In this document: in pieces, positions 36,476 through 46,885 of the stretch
Position numbering within the stretch: position 1 is the first letter of the stretch
Layout: each line of letters opens with the position of its first letter
Assembly (NCBI GenBank): GCA_028715415.1
Contig: JAQURX010000007.1
Location: 11,898-75,897, forward strand
Length of the DNA stretch: 64,000 nucleotides
Origin: Candidatus Omnitrophota bacterium
GTDB lineage: Bacteria; Omnitrophota; Gorgyraeia; Gygaellales; Profunditerraquicolaceae
Reading direction: 5' to 3'
Program-made: the position numbers and the translations under genes
The notes under the pieces: model-generated
Seen by the model: only the letters and a program-made list of their open reading frames with translations
Told to the model about the DNA's origin: nothing
Database searches by the model: none

Positions 36476-37378
36476 GTGGATCAAAAATTTCATATTCCAG
36501 TTATGTTAAACGAAGTCTTAAATTATCTTAATTTAAGTCCGGGGAAGGTTGTCGTGGATGCGACTATCGGAACTGGCGGGCATTCCAAGGCAATCTTAGA
36601 AAAGATTCTTCCCGGAGGCAGGCTGATTGGTATTGACCGCGATGAAGAGTCTTTAGCTATTTCTAAGGAAAGGCTTAAGGACTATGCGGATGCTTGCACT
36701 TTCTTGCACGGAAATTTTGCCGATCTTGATACACTCTTAGAAGGAGTGAATATTAAGCAGGTTGATGCCATATTATTTGATTTAGGGATTTCTTCGTATC
36801 AATTGGATTCTCCAGAGAGAGGTTTTAGTTTTCAGAAAGAGGGGCCATTAGATATGCGGCTTGACCGCTCAAGTTATATTTCAGCTTATGATTTAGTAAA
36901 TAATCTTAATGAAGATGAAATCTCGGATATGCTTTGGACTTTTGGCCAAGAGAGGTGGCATAATCGTATCGCACATTTATTGGTTGAGGAAAGGCAAAAG
37001 CATCCGATTGCCACGACTCAAGAATTGGCTAGTTTGGTAGTTAAAGCAATACCATATAGGTATAAGCATAAGCATTATAGAATTCATCCGGCAACAAGGA
37101 CTTTTCAGGCAGTGCGTATCGCGGTTAACAGGGAATTGGAGATCTTAGAAGCCTCGGTAAATAAGGGGGTTGCAATTCTCGGGAAACAAGGTAGAATATG
37201 TGTTATTTCTTTCCATTCTTTGGAGGACCGCGCGATTAAGCATGCTTTTCGTAAGATTGCAGGCGAAGGAACCATTAATATTATAACTCCAAAACCCCTG
37301 ACTCCTTTGGTGTCAGAAATAATGGAAAACCCAAAAAGCCGCAGTAGTAAGCTGAGGGTTGCAGAAAGAATAGAATAA
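36476..37378 (+). CDS. rsmH: 16S rRNA (cytosine1402-N4)-methyltransferase RsmH (GTG start)
   Basis: HIPVMLNEVL N-terminus and a SAM-binding fold (DATIGTGGHS). Confidence 0.9.
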   Translation: MDQKFHIPVMLNEVLNYLNLSPGKVVVDATIGTGGHSKAILEKILPGGRLIGIDRDEESLAISKERLKDYADACTFLHGNFADLDTLLEGVNIKQVDAILFDLGISSYQLDSPERGFSFQKEGPLDMRLDRSSYISAYDLVNNLNEDEISDMLWTFGQERWHNRIAHLLVEERQKHPIATTQELASLVVKAIPYRYKHKHYRIHPATRTFQAVRIAVNRELEILEASVNKGVAILGKQGRICVISFHSLEDRAIKHAFRKIAGEGTINIITPKPLTPLVSEIMENPKSRSSKLRVAERIE

Positions 37379-37379
37379 T

Positions 37380-37745
37380 ATGAGACTATCCAAATTCCTA
37401 TCTTTAGTAGCATTCATTACAGGATTTTCCCTTCTTTACGTCTATCAGCAAACCGAAATTTTCCAACTTGCCTATTCCGGCCAGAAACGAGAGACCCAGA
37501 TGCAGGAATTACTTGATAAGAACAGTATCTTAAGATACAATATCAATAAGAATGCGTCTTTAGTCTATATCGGTAATAAAATATCGGGTAGCAGTGATTT
37601 TCAGATGCCTGATAATTACCGGCTTGTTAGGCTTGAGTCTACAAAAGGCAGGTTAAGGTTGCAAAATGATTCAGGCAACCAGACAGTATTATCCCGTCTT
37701 TTTGGTATTAAGAGGCAGGCCGAAGCAAATACGATCAACCCTTAA
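37380..37745 (+). CDS. ftsL: cell division protein FtsL-like (single TM + coiled coil)
   Basis: Positioned between rsmH and ftsI, with an N-terminal TM helix (FLSLVAFITGFSLLYVY) and a short periplasmic domain. Confidence 0.55.
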   Translation: MRLSKFLSLVAFITGFSLLYVYQQTEIFQLAYSGQKRETQMQELLDKNSILRYNINKNASLVYIGNKISGSSDFQMPDNYRLVRLESTKGRLRLQNDSGNQTVLSRLFGIKRQAEANTINP

Positions 37746-37768
37746 AATTTTCTAACCACATAAATTAG

Positions 37769-39493
37769 GTGTATATAAATAATTCTCGCCGTAGATCTCA
37801 GGCGGTGTTTTTATTCTTTTTTATTTTTTTTATACTTTGCATAGCCCGCTTGTTTTATGTCCAGTTCTTCCGTTCAGAATTCCTCGCCGATATCGCTAAT
37901 AAGCAACATAACCTTTTTGTAGAGCTTGAGCCTGTTAGAGGCACAATCTTTGACAGCAATTTTAAACCTCAGGCGCAAAATCTTTCCGTTGATTCTCTTT
38001 ATGCCTCTCCTAATGAATGTAAGGAAAAAGATAAAGAAATAATTGTACGCCAACTCTCTAATATACTGAATCTTAATCCCGGTTTTTTAAAAGAACGCTT
38101 GAGCCGGAAGAAGTCTTTTGTTTGGTTAGCCCGTAAAATCACTCCTGAACAGTCAAGCGCGATAAAGAAATTAAATTTAAAGGGTTTGGGTTTCTTAAGG
38201 GAAAGCAAACGCTCTTATCCAAATGGTTATCTTGCCAGCCAGATAATTGGCTTTGCGGGAATTGATAATAATGGCCTCGAGGGTGTTGAGCTTTGCTACG
38301 ATAAATATCTAAAGGGAGAGGCTGGATGGGCGATATTCTTAAGGGATGCCCGTCAGAAAAGGCTTGATATCTGGCAGAAGATGGTTTTGCCGAAAGATGG
38401 GGATCATTTGGTTTTGACTATTGATGAGGTTATCCAGTATATCGCGGAAAGAGAGCTCGATAAGGCTTATAAAACTTATCATGCCAAGGGCGCAAGTATA
38501 ATTGTTATGGACCCGTATACCGGAGCGATACTTGCTTTGGCAAGCCGTCCGACATTTGATCTTAATAATCATTCTAATGTAAGTAAAGATCAGATACGAA
38601 ACCGGGCTATCTGTGATATGTTTGAACCGGGTTCTGTTTTTAAAATTGTTACTGCATCCGCTGCTATTGAAGAAAAAAAAGTAAATGAGCAGGACAGGTT
38701 CTTTTGTGAAAACGGTGTTTATCGTGTAGGGCCTCATCTCTTACATGATCACAAAGCTCACGGTTGGCTTACATTTCGTGAAGTAGTTGAGCAATCTAGT
38801 AATATTGGCACAACGAAAGTTGCACAAATATTAGGCCCTGAGATTGTAAGCAGGTATGTAAAACGTTTTGGTTTTGGCTCCAAGCTTGGAATTGACCTGC
38901 CGGGAGAAATTTCCGGCGTGGCTAAGGAACCGCGCCAATGGTCCAAGATTTCTATTGCTTCAATTCCTATCGGGCAAGAGGTAGGTGTCACGGCTTTGCA
39001 ATTGACAAGCGCTATTTCTGTAATTGCAAACGGGGGCAAACTTATGAAGCCGTATATTATTCGTGAAGTCCGCTCCAAAGATGGAGAAGTGCTTGGAAAG
39101 AATTCTCCGGTTTTAATCCGTCAGGTAATTTCTGCTGACACTGCGGCAAGAGTAAAAAAAATGCTTACTGGTGTAGTTGAAGAAGGAACAGGTAAGCTGG
39201 CAAAGATGGAGGGTTTTAGTGCAGCAGGAAAGACTGGGACTGCCCAGAAATTAGAGCCAAATGGCACTTATTCTCATAGTAAATTTGTTGCTTCGTTTAT
39301 CGGTTTCGCCCCGGCAGAAGACCCGATGTTGGCTATTGTGGTTTGTGTTGATGAGCCGCATCCGGTTTATTTCGGCGGTGTAGTTGCCGCCCCGGTATTT
39401 AGAAATGTGTCAAGCGATGCGATAAGGTATCTTAAAACTAATCCGGCACAAAATCAATCAGTTGTACTAAATGAAAATAACCAAGTTAATTAA
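37769..39493 (+). CDS. ftsI: peptidoglycan D,D-transpeptidase FtsI (class B PBP), GTG start
   Basis: SXXK (SVFK), SSN and KTGT motifs, with an N-terminal TM anchor. Confidence 0.9.
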   Translation: MYINNSRRRSQAVFLFFFIFFILCIARLFYVQFFRSEFLADIANKQHNLFVELEPVRGTIFDSNFKPQAQNLSVDSLYASPNECKEKDKEIIVRQLSNILNLNPGFLKERLSRKKSFVWLARKITPEQSSAIKKLNLKGLGFLRESKRSYPNGYLASQIIGFAGIDNNGLEGVELCYDKYLKGEAGWAIFLRDARQKRLDIWQKMVLPKDGDHLVLTIDEVIQYIAERELDKAYKTYHAKGASIIVMDPYTGAILALASRPTFDLNNHSNVSKDQIRNRAICDMFEPGSVFKIVTASAAIEEKKVNEQDRFFCENGVYRVGPHLLHDHKAHGWLTFREVVEQSSNIGTTKVAQILGPEIVSRYVKRFGFGSKLGIDLPGEISGVAKEPRQWSKISIASIPIGQEVGVTALQLTSAISVIANGGKLMKPYIIREVRSKDGEVLGKNSPVLIRQVISADTAARVKKMLTGVVEEGTGKLAKMEGFSAAGKTGTAQKLEPNGTYSHSKFVASFIGFAPAEDPMLAIVVCVDEPHPVYFGGVVAAPVFRNVSSDAIRYLKTNPAQNQSVVLNENNQVN

Positions 39494-40925
39494 AACAGTT
39501 GATGGTTTAAAATTGGAATCTAAGCTTGCGGATTTTAATATCCGTGGCATTGCTTGTAATTCTAAATTGGTTAACGATGATTTTATTTTTGTGGCAATAA
39601 AGGGCAATAGTGTTGATGGGAATAAATATATTTCCGAAGCAGTCGGAAGGGGAGCAAGGGTAGTTATTTATGATTCCTCAGATACTAAGATTGGTTTGTT
39701 AAAAGGCAGCGCTATTTTTATAAAGGTAAAAGACGCGCGTATAACTTTGGCAAAGTTAATATCAGTTTTCTACGGGAATCCTTCGAAAAAGTTAAAAGTT
39801 GTGGGGATTACCGGAACTAACGGTAAAACTACCATTTCGTATTTAATTGAGGCAATAGCAAAAGAAAAATCAGCTGTGATCGGTACGGTTAATTACCGTT
39901 TTAACAAGAAAGTGTTTACTTCTAATAATACAACTCCCGGGCCTGTTGAGTTGCAGTCTTTGTTTAGCCAAATGCTAAAGAATAAAATAAAATATGTTGC
40001 CATGGAAGTTTCTTCTCATGCTTTGGATCAAAACAGGACAGAGGGGGTAAGTTTTCATTCGGCAATTTTTACAAATCTTACTCAGGACCATCTTGATTAT
40101 CATAAGACATTAGGCAGGTATTTTTTGGCTAAGGCGAAACTCTTTAAAAACTTAGCCGGTAATTCTTTTGCTGTAATTAATAATGATGATTTGTTTGGGG
40201 AAAAACTTAAAAAGCTGGTTAAAACTAAAATAATAACTTATGGTATAAAGAATAAGTCAGATGTGATGGCTAAAGATATAATTTTTAATGTTGGATATAC
40301 GCAGTTTACCCTAGTGTTAGAATTAAAAGAAACAAGGTTTAATGTCAGGCTTATTGGTAAACATAATATTTATAATGTATTAGCTGCTATTGCCTGGGCA
40401 AAAAAAACCGGCTTTAGTTTGAATGTTATCAAGAAAGCAATAGAGAATTTTAGCCTTGTCCCCGGAAGATTAGAGAGGGTACCTTTTAAGGGAGATTTTT
40501 CTGTTTTTGTTGATTATGCGCATACGGAAGATGCTTTAAAGAACATCCTTGAATCTTTAAGGAATTTAGCAAAGAAAAGAATCATTGTAGTTTTCGGATG
40601 CGGGGGGGACCGCGATAAGACAAAGCGTCCGAAGATGGGCCGTGTCGTAACTGAACTTGCGGATTATGCGATTATTACGAGTGATAACCCACGTTCAGAG
40701 GATCCTTTGGTGATAATTAATGATATTAAAAGAGGGATAACAAGAGATAATTATAGTGTTATTCCCGAAAGGCTTCAGGCAATTAAAAAATCACTATCGT
40801 TGGCAAAACAGGGGGACATTGTTTTGGTTGCCGGTAAAGGCCATGAAAATTACCAGATTATTAAAGGCAATAAATTTCATTTTGATGACCGTGAAGTTGT
40901 TAGGAGATGTTTAAAAGGAAATTAG
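39471..40925 (+). CDS. murE: UDP-N-acetylmuramoyl-L-alanyl-D-glutamate--2,6-diaminopimelate ligase
   Basis: GITGTNGKTT P-loop and a Mur ligase fold, in the expected position. Confidence 0.9.
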   Translation: MKITKLIKTVDGLKLESKLADFNIRGIACNSKLVNDDFIFVAIKGNSVDGNKYISEAVGRGARVVIYDSSDTKIGLLKGSAIFIKVKDARITLAKLISVFYGNPSKKLKVVGITGTNGKTTISYLIEAIAKEKSAVIGTVNYRFNKKVFTSNNTTPGPVELQSLFSQMLKNKIKYVAMEVSSHALDQNRTEGVSFHSAIFTNLTQDHLDYHKTLGRYFLAKAKLFKNLAGNSFAVINNDDLFGEKLKKLVKTKIITYGIKNKSDVMAKDIIFNVGYTQFTLVLELKETRFNVRLIGKHNIYNVLAAIAWAKKTGFSLNVIKKAIENFSLVPGRLERVPFKGDFSVFVDYAHTEDALKNILESLRNLAKKRIIVVFGCGGDRDKTKRPKMGRVVTELADYAIITSDNPRSEDPLVIINDIKRGITRDNYSVIPERLQAIKKSLSLAKQGDIVLVAGKGHENYQIIKGNKFHFDDREVVRRCLKGN

Positions 40926-40928
40926 ATA

Positions 40929-42296
40929 ATGATTGAAGTAAGTGAATTATTAAAAGCAACTCAAGGAAAGTTAATCTGTGGGGATGCCAGCGGCAGGGTT
41001 AAGGGTATTTCTATTGATTCAAGGTCTATTAATCCATATGAGGCTTTTTGCGCTATAAAGGGGAATAATTTTGATGGGCATGATTTTATTAATAATGTAA
41101 TCAAAAATGGATGCAAGTGCGTTATTGCAGAATCATTTCCAAAGCCGCTTAATAAAGATAAATCCTCGTTAACCCTTATCAAAGTGGAAAATACCACAAA
41201 AGCATTAGGGGATATTGCGCGTTTTAGGCGCGAGAAGTTCAATATACCGGTTATTGCGGTTACCGGATCAAACGGAAAGACTACAACTAAAGAAATGGTT
41301 GCCTGTGTGTTGTCTAAAAAATACAAAGTGCTAAAAAATGAGGGGACAAAGAATAACCATATCGGGCTGCCTTTAACTTTGATTAATCTGGATGAAACGC
41401 ACAGCGCAGCTGTTTTGGAAATCGGGACTAATCATCCGGGTGAGGTAAAGTATCTTGTTGATATTGCAAAGCCAAATATCGGCATTGTGACGAACATTGG
41501 GCTTTCACATCTTGAGTATTTCTGTGATTTAGAAGGGGTTTATAAAGAAAAGTCTGTTTTAATAAACAACCTTAAAACTCCGGGTATTGGGATATTGAAT
41601 GCGGATGATGTTTTGCTTAAGAAAAGAGCGTTTGGGAAAAAAACAGGAAGTGTTGTATTTGGTTTTGGTTTAGTGAATGAAAGCGATTATTTTGCCACTT
41701 GCGTGAAATCCTCTGGAGTAAAACAGCGGTTCTTGGTTCAAGGAAAATATTGGTTTACAATCAATACTTTAGGGCGTTATAATATTTACAACGCTTTAGC
41801 TGCAATTTCTTGCGGGCGTATCCTTGGGCTTAGCTATAGGCAGATAGTTTTAGCCTTGGCTAAATTCAAATTTCCATATAGCAGGCTGAATTTTCTTGAA
41901 ATAAACAGCGTTAGATTTATTGATGATACTTATAATTCTAATCCTGTTTCATTGAAGCAGGCGTTAAACGCTTTGTCTGATTTTGAAGCCAGAGGAAGAA
42001 AGATTTTTGTAATGGGGGATATGCTTGAATTAGGCAGCCGAACGGAAGAATTTCACCGTCAGGCGGGCATTAACGCTGCCGGGATTTGCAACGCGTTTAT
42101 TGCAGTAGGAAAATACTCAAGATTGGCAGCTTCGGCAGCTATCCAGGAAGGATTTAGTATCAAGAATGTTTTTACTTGTGATAATTCTGTCCAAGCCAAA
42201 GAAATTTTATTCAGCAGGCTTTCCCCTAGAAGTGAAGATATTGTTTTGGTAAAAGGTTCTCGTTCAATGAGAATGGAAGAAGTTTTTAATAAATAA
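40929..42296 (+). CDS. murF: UDP-N-acetylmuramoyl-tripeptide--D-alanyl-D-alanine ligase
   Basis: TGSNGKTTTKEM P-loop; in the expected position. Confidence 0.9.
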   Translation: MIEVSELLKATQGKLICGDASGRVKGISIDSRSINPYEAFCAIKGNNFDGHDFINNVIKNGCKCVIAESFPKPLNKDKSSLTLIKVENTTKALGDIARFRREKFNIPVIAVTGSNGKTTTKEMVACVLSKKYKVLKNEGTKNNHIGLPLTLINLDETHSAAVLEIGTNHPGEVKYLVDIAKPNIGIVTNIGLSHLEYFCDLEGVYKEKSVLINNLKTPGIGILNADDVLLKKRAFGKKTGSVVFGFGLVNESDYFATCVKSSGVKQRFLVQGKYWFTINTLGRYNIYNALAAISCGRILGLSYRQIVLALAKFKFPYSRLNFLEINSVRFIDDTYNSNPVSLKQALNALSDFEARGRKIFVMGDMLELGSRTEEFHRQAGINAAGICNAFIAVGKYSRLAASAAIQEGFSIKNVFTCDNSVQAKEILFSRLSPRSEDIVLVKGSRSMRMEEVFNK

Positions 42297-42320
42297 GGTT
42301 TTGTAGTGCTATTAATATAA

Positions 42321-43409
42321 ATGCTCTATCTGCTGCTTTATCCCCTACACGATATATTTTCTGCTTTAAACATATTCCGTTATCTTACGTTTCGTTCTGC
42401 AATGGCGGTATTAACTAGTTTTGTTGTCAGCCTTATCTTAGGGCCGTTTGTTATAAAAAAACTAAAAGAACTTAAGGTCGGAGAGAAAATTAACAAAGGC
42501 GATAGTGAGAAGCTGGATAAGATTCATTCTCATAAACAAGACACGCCTACGATGGGTGGAGTTTTAATAGTTGCCGCGATTTTATTCTCAACTTTACTCT
42601 GGGCGGATATTACCAATAAATATGTAATTGTTGCGCTCTTTAGTATGGTTTGGTTGGCCGTAACCGGCTTTATGGATGATTATCTTAAGCAGACAAAAAA
42701 GAAACCAAAAGGGCTTACCCCTGCAGCAAAATTCACAAGCCAGATTGTTTTGGGGCTTATTCTAGGGGTAATTCTTCTTCTTGATTCGCAGATGAATATT
42801 AAAATTGATGTTCCTTTTTTAAAGAACAGTTATTTGGATTTAGATGGTTTGTATATTTTATTTGTTATCCTGGTTATTTCTGGAAGTTCAAACGCCGTAA
42901 ATCTTACTGACGGGCTTGATGGCTTGGCTATCGGTATAGTGGTAATGGTGGCTCTTGCTTTCGGAGCTATAAGTTATGTTTCGGGAAATATTAAATTCAG
43001 CGATTATTTATTGATTCCGTATATTAAAGGAAGCGGAGAATTGATGGTTTTTTGTGCCAGCATTTTTGGGGCGGGTTTAGGGTTCCTGTGGTTTAATTGT
43101 TATCCTGCTTCGGTTTTTATGGGAGACGTAGGTTCTCTTGCTTTAGGAGGAGCCTTGGGAACGGTAGCGTTATTGATTAAAAAAGAAATACTTCTTGTAA
43201 TCGTCGGGGGGATATTTGTTATAGAAGCTTTATCCGTAATTTTGCAGGTAGCATCATTCAGGCTTTTTAAGAAGCGAATTTTTAAGATAGCCCCTTTGCA
43301 TCATCATTTTCAATTTTTGAATTGGCCCGAGAATAAAATAATCGTGAGGTTTTGGATTATTGCTGGGCTTCTGGCTTTATTTACAATAGTAACATTAAAA
43401 ATTAGATAG
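42321..43409 (+). CDS. mraY: phospho-N-acetylmuramoyl-pentapeptide transferase
   Basis: A multi-TM protein with NAVNLTDGLDGLA and the conserved HHHF. Confidence 0.9.
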   Translation: MLYLLLYPLHDIFSALNIFRYLTFRSAMAVLTSFVVSLILGPFVIKKLKELKVGEKINKGDSEKLDKIHSHKQDTPTMGGVLIVAAILFSTLLWADITNKYVIVALFSMVWLAVTGFMDDYLKQTKKKPKGLTPAAKFTSQIVLGLILGVILLLDSQMNIKIDVPFLKNSYLDLDGLYILFVILVISGSSNAVNLTDGLDGLAIGIVVMVALAFGAISYVSGNIKFSDYLLIPYIKGSGELMVFCASIFGAGLGFLWFNCYPASVFMGDVGSLALGGALGTVALLIKKEILLVIVGGIFVIEALSVILQVASFRLFKKRIFKIAPLHHHFQFLNWPENKIIVRFWIIAGLLALFTIVTLKIR

Positions 43410-43416
43410 GTTCTTA

Positions 43417-44682
43417 ATGCGAAACACTGATTGTTTTAAAGGTAAAAAAATTGCCGTAATCGGGTTAGCCCGTTCAGGGCTTTTTGCTGCAAACCTGCTT
43501 TGTGATCTAGGTGCTCAGGTTTGGGTGACTGATAAAAGCAGCTCCGATGCTACCAAAGAATTCGCTTCCAAAATAAAATCTCCGCAAATTAGGGTTGAAT
43601 TAGGTAAGCACACTCCAGAGTTTATCCAAGGCAAGGATTTGGTGGTTATTTCTCCCGGGGTCACAAATGAAGCCCTTCCGGTGGTTTGGGCGAGGCAGCA
43701 AAAGATTCCGGTCATTAGCGAGATAGAGCTAGGTTGGATTCTCTGTCCTGCGGAAATTATCGCGGTCACCGGTTCAAGCGGTAAAACCACAGTAACAACT
43801 TTGATAGGAAAAATCCTGGAAGCAAGCGGGAAAAAAGTTTTTGTTTGCGGGAATATCGGAAATCCGTTTTGCTCGGAAGTTCATTTGATGGAGAAAGATG
43901 GCTATGTCGTTCTTGAAGTCAGTTCTTTTCAATTAGTGAATATAGAAAAGTTTAAACCCAAGGTTGCTCTTATTTTAAATTTTACCCGCAATCATTTAGA
44001 CTGGCATAAAGATATGCAGGAATACCTTGATGCAAAAAAACGCATATTTATGAATCAGGATAATTCTGATTACCTTGTATTAAACCAGCAGGACTCTTTA
44101 TTAAGGGGCTTGGCAAAAGAGGCAAAAGGGAAAATTGTTTATTTTGAAGAATCCGAGGGGCTTAATCCTAATCAGGCTGCAGTCTGTGCCGTAGGTTCAT
44201 TGTTGGGGGTAGATAAAAAAATAATATTAAAAGTTCTTGGGGATTTTAAAGGCATTGAACACCGCATGGAATTCGTTGCTAATATAAACGGCGTTAATTT
44301 TATTAATGATTCAAAAGCGACAACCGCAGATAGCACGCTTTGGGCATTGAAAAATATTAATAATCCGATTGTCCTTATAGCAGGGGGGAAAGATAAGGGC
44401 GTTGATTATAGCCTTATTCTAAACGAAGCAAGGCACAAGGTAAGAGAGGCGGTTTTAATTGGCGAGGCAAGGGGCGTAATAGCTAAAGCATTAAAAGGAG
44501 CCATTAATATAGATGAGGCTTTGACTTTTGAAGAGGCAGTAAAGAAAGCATTCTTAAAAGCAAAGCCGGGGGATAGTGTATTACTTTCTCCGATGTGTTC
44601 AAGTTTTGATATGTTCAGCAACTATGAAGAAAGAGGTAGGGTTTTTAAAAAGCTAGTGTTGGAATTAGAAGGAAAACTTTAA
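43417..44682 (+). CDS. murD: UDP-N-acetylmuramoylalanine--D-glutamate ligase
   Basis: GSSGKTTVTTL P-loop. Confidence 0.9.
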   Translation: MRNTDCFKGKKIAVIGLARSGLFAANLLCDLGAQVWVTDKSSSDATKEFASKIKSPQIRVELGKHTPEFIQGKDLVVISPGVTNEALPVVWARQQKIPVISEIELGWILCPAEIIAVTGSSGKTTVTTLIGKILEASGKKVFVCGNIGNPFCSEVHLMEKDGYVVLEVSSFQLVNIEKFKPKVALILNFTRNHLDWHKDMQEYLDAKKRIFMNQDNSDYLVLNQQDSLLRGLAKEAKGKIVYFEESEGLNPNQAAVCAVGSLLGVDKKIILKVLGDFKGIEHRMEFVANINGVNFINDSKATTADSTLWALKNINNPIVLIAGGKDKGVDYSLILNEARHKVREAVLIGEARGVIAKALKGAINIDEALTFEEAVKKAFLKAKPGDSVLLSPMCSSFDMFSNYEERGRVFKKLVLELEGKL

Positions 44683-44683
44683 T

Positions 44684-45778
44684 ATGCCGCGCAATGTCAG
44701 GATAAATTTATTTACAGTCTCAATAATCCTTATGTGTATTGGGATAGTAATGATTTATAGCGCATCCAGTATCTATGCTGCGGAGAGATACAAAGACAGC
44801 TTCTTTTTTATCAAGAGGCATATCAGTTTTCTTTTAATTGGGGCTTTGCTTATGTTTCTGGCAATGAGTTTTGATTACAGGTCTTTAAGAAAGTACGCGA
44901 AGCCTTTTCTGTTGGTTTCAATATTCCTCTTGCTTATAGTATTGATACCGGGGATTGGAAGAGAGGTATCAGGTGCGCGTAGGTGGTTTAGGTTTAAGTT
45001 CTTAAGTTTTCAGCCTTCAGAAGCAGCGATACTTGCGGTTATTATTTATACCGCTGATTTCATCAGCCGTAAAGGAAACGAGATAAAGGTATTTTGGAAA
45101 GGTTTTTTCCCTCCGGTCTCGGTTTTTGGCCTGGTGGCAATACTAATCTTAGCGCAACCGGATTTAGGGACTACTGTTTCATTAGCTTTAGTCGTGTTCC
45201 TTATGCTTTATATTGCAGGGACGCGCTTTAGCTACCTTTTATCTATATTTCTTGCAAGTATCCCGGTACTCTATCTTTTAATATTTAGTGTTGCGTACAG
45301 AAGGGCAAGGATTTTGGCATTTTTAAATCCTTGGCTTGATCCGAAAGGAAGTGGCTTCCAAATTATCCAGTCGCAGATTGCTTTAGGTTCAGGAGGCATC
45401 TTTGGCGTAGGCCTTGGGCATTCAAAACAAAAATTATTTTATCTTCCTGCGGCGCATACGGATTTTATTTTTTCTATTATTGGAGAAGAACTTGGGTTGA
45501 TAGGCACCTTGGGAGTTATTGCCCTGTTTATTATTTTTATCCAGCAGGGATTGAAGATAATGAAGAACGCGACGGATAAATTCGGGTATTTTCTTGCGTT
45601 AGGGTTAATTTTGATGATTTCTTTTAAGGCAGTAATAAATATCGGAGTTTCATGTGGAGTATTGCCTACTAAAGGCCTTCCTCTGCCATTTATAAGTTAT
45701 GGAGGATCATCTTTTATTTTTGATATGATTAGTGTTGGATTGCTTGTAAACATCGGTAGGAGTGGAGAGTACCCGTAA
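44684..45778 (+). CDS. ftsW: peptidoglycan glycosyltransferase FtsW (SEDS family)
   Basis: 10-TM SEDS profile, in the dcw cluster position. Confidence 0.9.
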   Translation: MPRNVRINLFTVSIILMCIGIVMIYSASSIYAAERYKDSFFFIKRHISFLLIGALLMFLAMSFDYRSLRKYAKPFLLVSIFLLLIVLIPGIGREVSGARRWFRFKFLSFQPSEAAILAVIIYTADFISRKGNEIKVFWKGFFPPVSVFGLVAILILAQPDLGTTVSLALVVFLMLYIAGTRFSYLLSIFLASIPVLYLLIFSVAYRRARILAFLNPWLDPKGSGFQIIQSQIALGSGGIFGVGLGHSKQKLFYLPAAHTDFIFSIIGEELGLIGTLGVIALFIIFIQQGLKIMKNATDKFGYFLALGLILMISFKAVINIGVSCGVLPTKGLPLPFISYGGSSFIFDMISVGLLVNIGRSGEYP

Positions 45779-45796
45779 AAGAGGTTATTAATAGTT

Positions 45797-46882
45797 ATGA
45801 AAGTTTTAGCAGTTTCCGGATCAAGCGGAGGGCACATATTCCCGGCCATAAGCTTTCTTGAAGCACTATCCGATAAGAAAGAGGGAATTGAAACGCTTTT
45901 AGTGTTGCCGGAAAGAAGCAAGAAGATTCAGGTGCTAACTAGCTGTAGGATAAAATATATTGCTACATCTGTTTTGCGCCCAAGTTTTGAATTAAAGAAT
46001 TTAGCCGCTCTTTTCCAAATCGGTAAGTCTTTTTTCCAGAGCTTATTTATACTAATTGAATTTCAGCCTCAAGTGGTAATTGGGTTCGGGACAATTGATT
46101 CTATCCCGATTTTATTCTTTGCCTGGCTTTTTAGGATAAATACCATTATTCATGAACAAAATGTGGCATTAGGTAAAGCTAATAAAGTTTTGTCAAAGAT
46201 TGTTGACAAAGTGGCTGTTTCTTTTGCGGCGAGCAAAGATTGTTTAAAAGATAATCAAAGAATAGTTTTTACCGGGAATCCCATCAGGCGGCAGCTGGAA
46301 AAAGTTGATAAGTTTAAGGCTTTAAATTCATTTGGTTTTTTAAATAATAAGTTTACTATATTGGTGATGGGAGGAAGCCAGGGTAGCCATCGGATTAATG
46401 AAGCCTTTATTGATGCTTTGGGAACTTTAAAGGATAAGGATAGGCTGCAAATTATCCATCTTACCGGAAGCAAGGATTTTGAGTTTGCGAAAAAAAGATA
46501 CAAAGATCTAAATATTGTTGCGAAGGTTTTTGATTTTTTTGAGTCAATGGAGAATGCGTATTGTGCTTCAGATCTGGCAATCTGCCGGGCAGGGGCAACT
46601 ACGGTTACGGAATTAATGTACTTTAGGCTCCCGGCAATCTTTATCCCATATCCTCATGCTTATGGGCATCAATTGACGAATGCTTTAGAATTAGAAAAGA
46701 AGGGATGCAGCCTTATTTTAGAAGAGGAGAATTTAAATAACGGCAGGCTTAAAGAGGCTATTGAATTATTATTGGCTTCGCCTCAGAAAATAAATGATAT
46801 GAGGCAGGCTTATGATAGCTTATCTGTTGGTAATGCAGCTTTACTTCTGGCTGATGAAGTTGTCTCTTTGGTAAAATCTTAG
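45797..46882 (+). CDS. murG: UDP-N-acetylglucosamine--N-acetylmuramyl-(pentapeptide) pyrophosphoryl-undecaprenol N-acetylglucosamine transferase
   Basis: MKVLAVSGSSGGHIFPAISF N-terminus. Confidence 0.9.
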   Translation: MKVLAVSGSSGGHIFPAISFLEALSDKKEGIETLLVLPERSKKIQVLTSCRIKYIATSVLRPSFELKNLAALFQIGKSFFQSLFILIEFQPQVVIGFGTIDSIPILFFAWLFRINTIIHEQNVALGKANKVLSKIVDKVAVSFAASKDCLKDNQRIVFTGNPIRRQLEKVDKFKALNSFGFLNNKFTILVMGGSQGSHRINEAFIDALGTLKDKDRLQIIHLTGSKDFEFAKKRYKDLNIVAKVFDFFESMENAYCASDLAICRAGATTVTELMYFRLPAIFIPYPHAYGHQLTNALELEKKGCSLILEEENLNNGRLKEAIELLLASPQKINDMRQAYDSLSVGNAALLLADEVVSLVKS

Positions 46883-46885
46883 AAA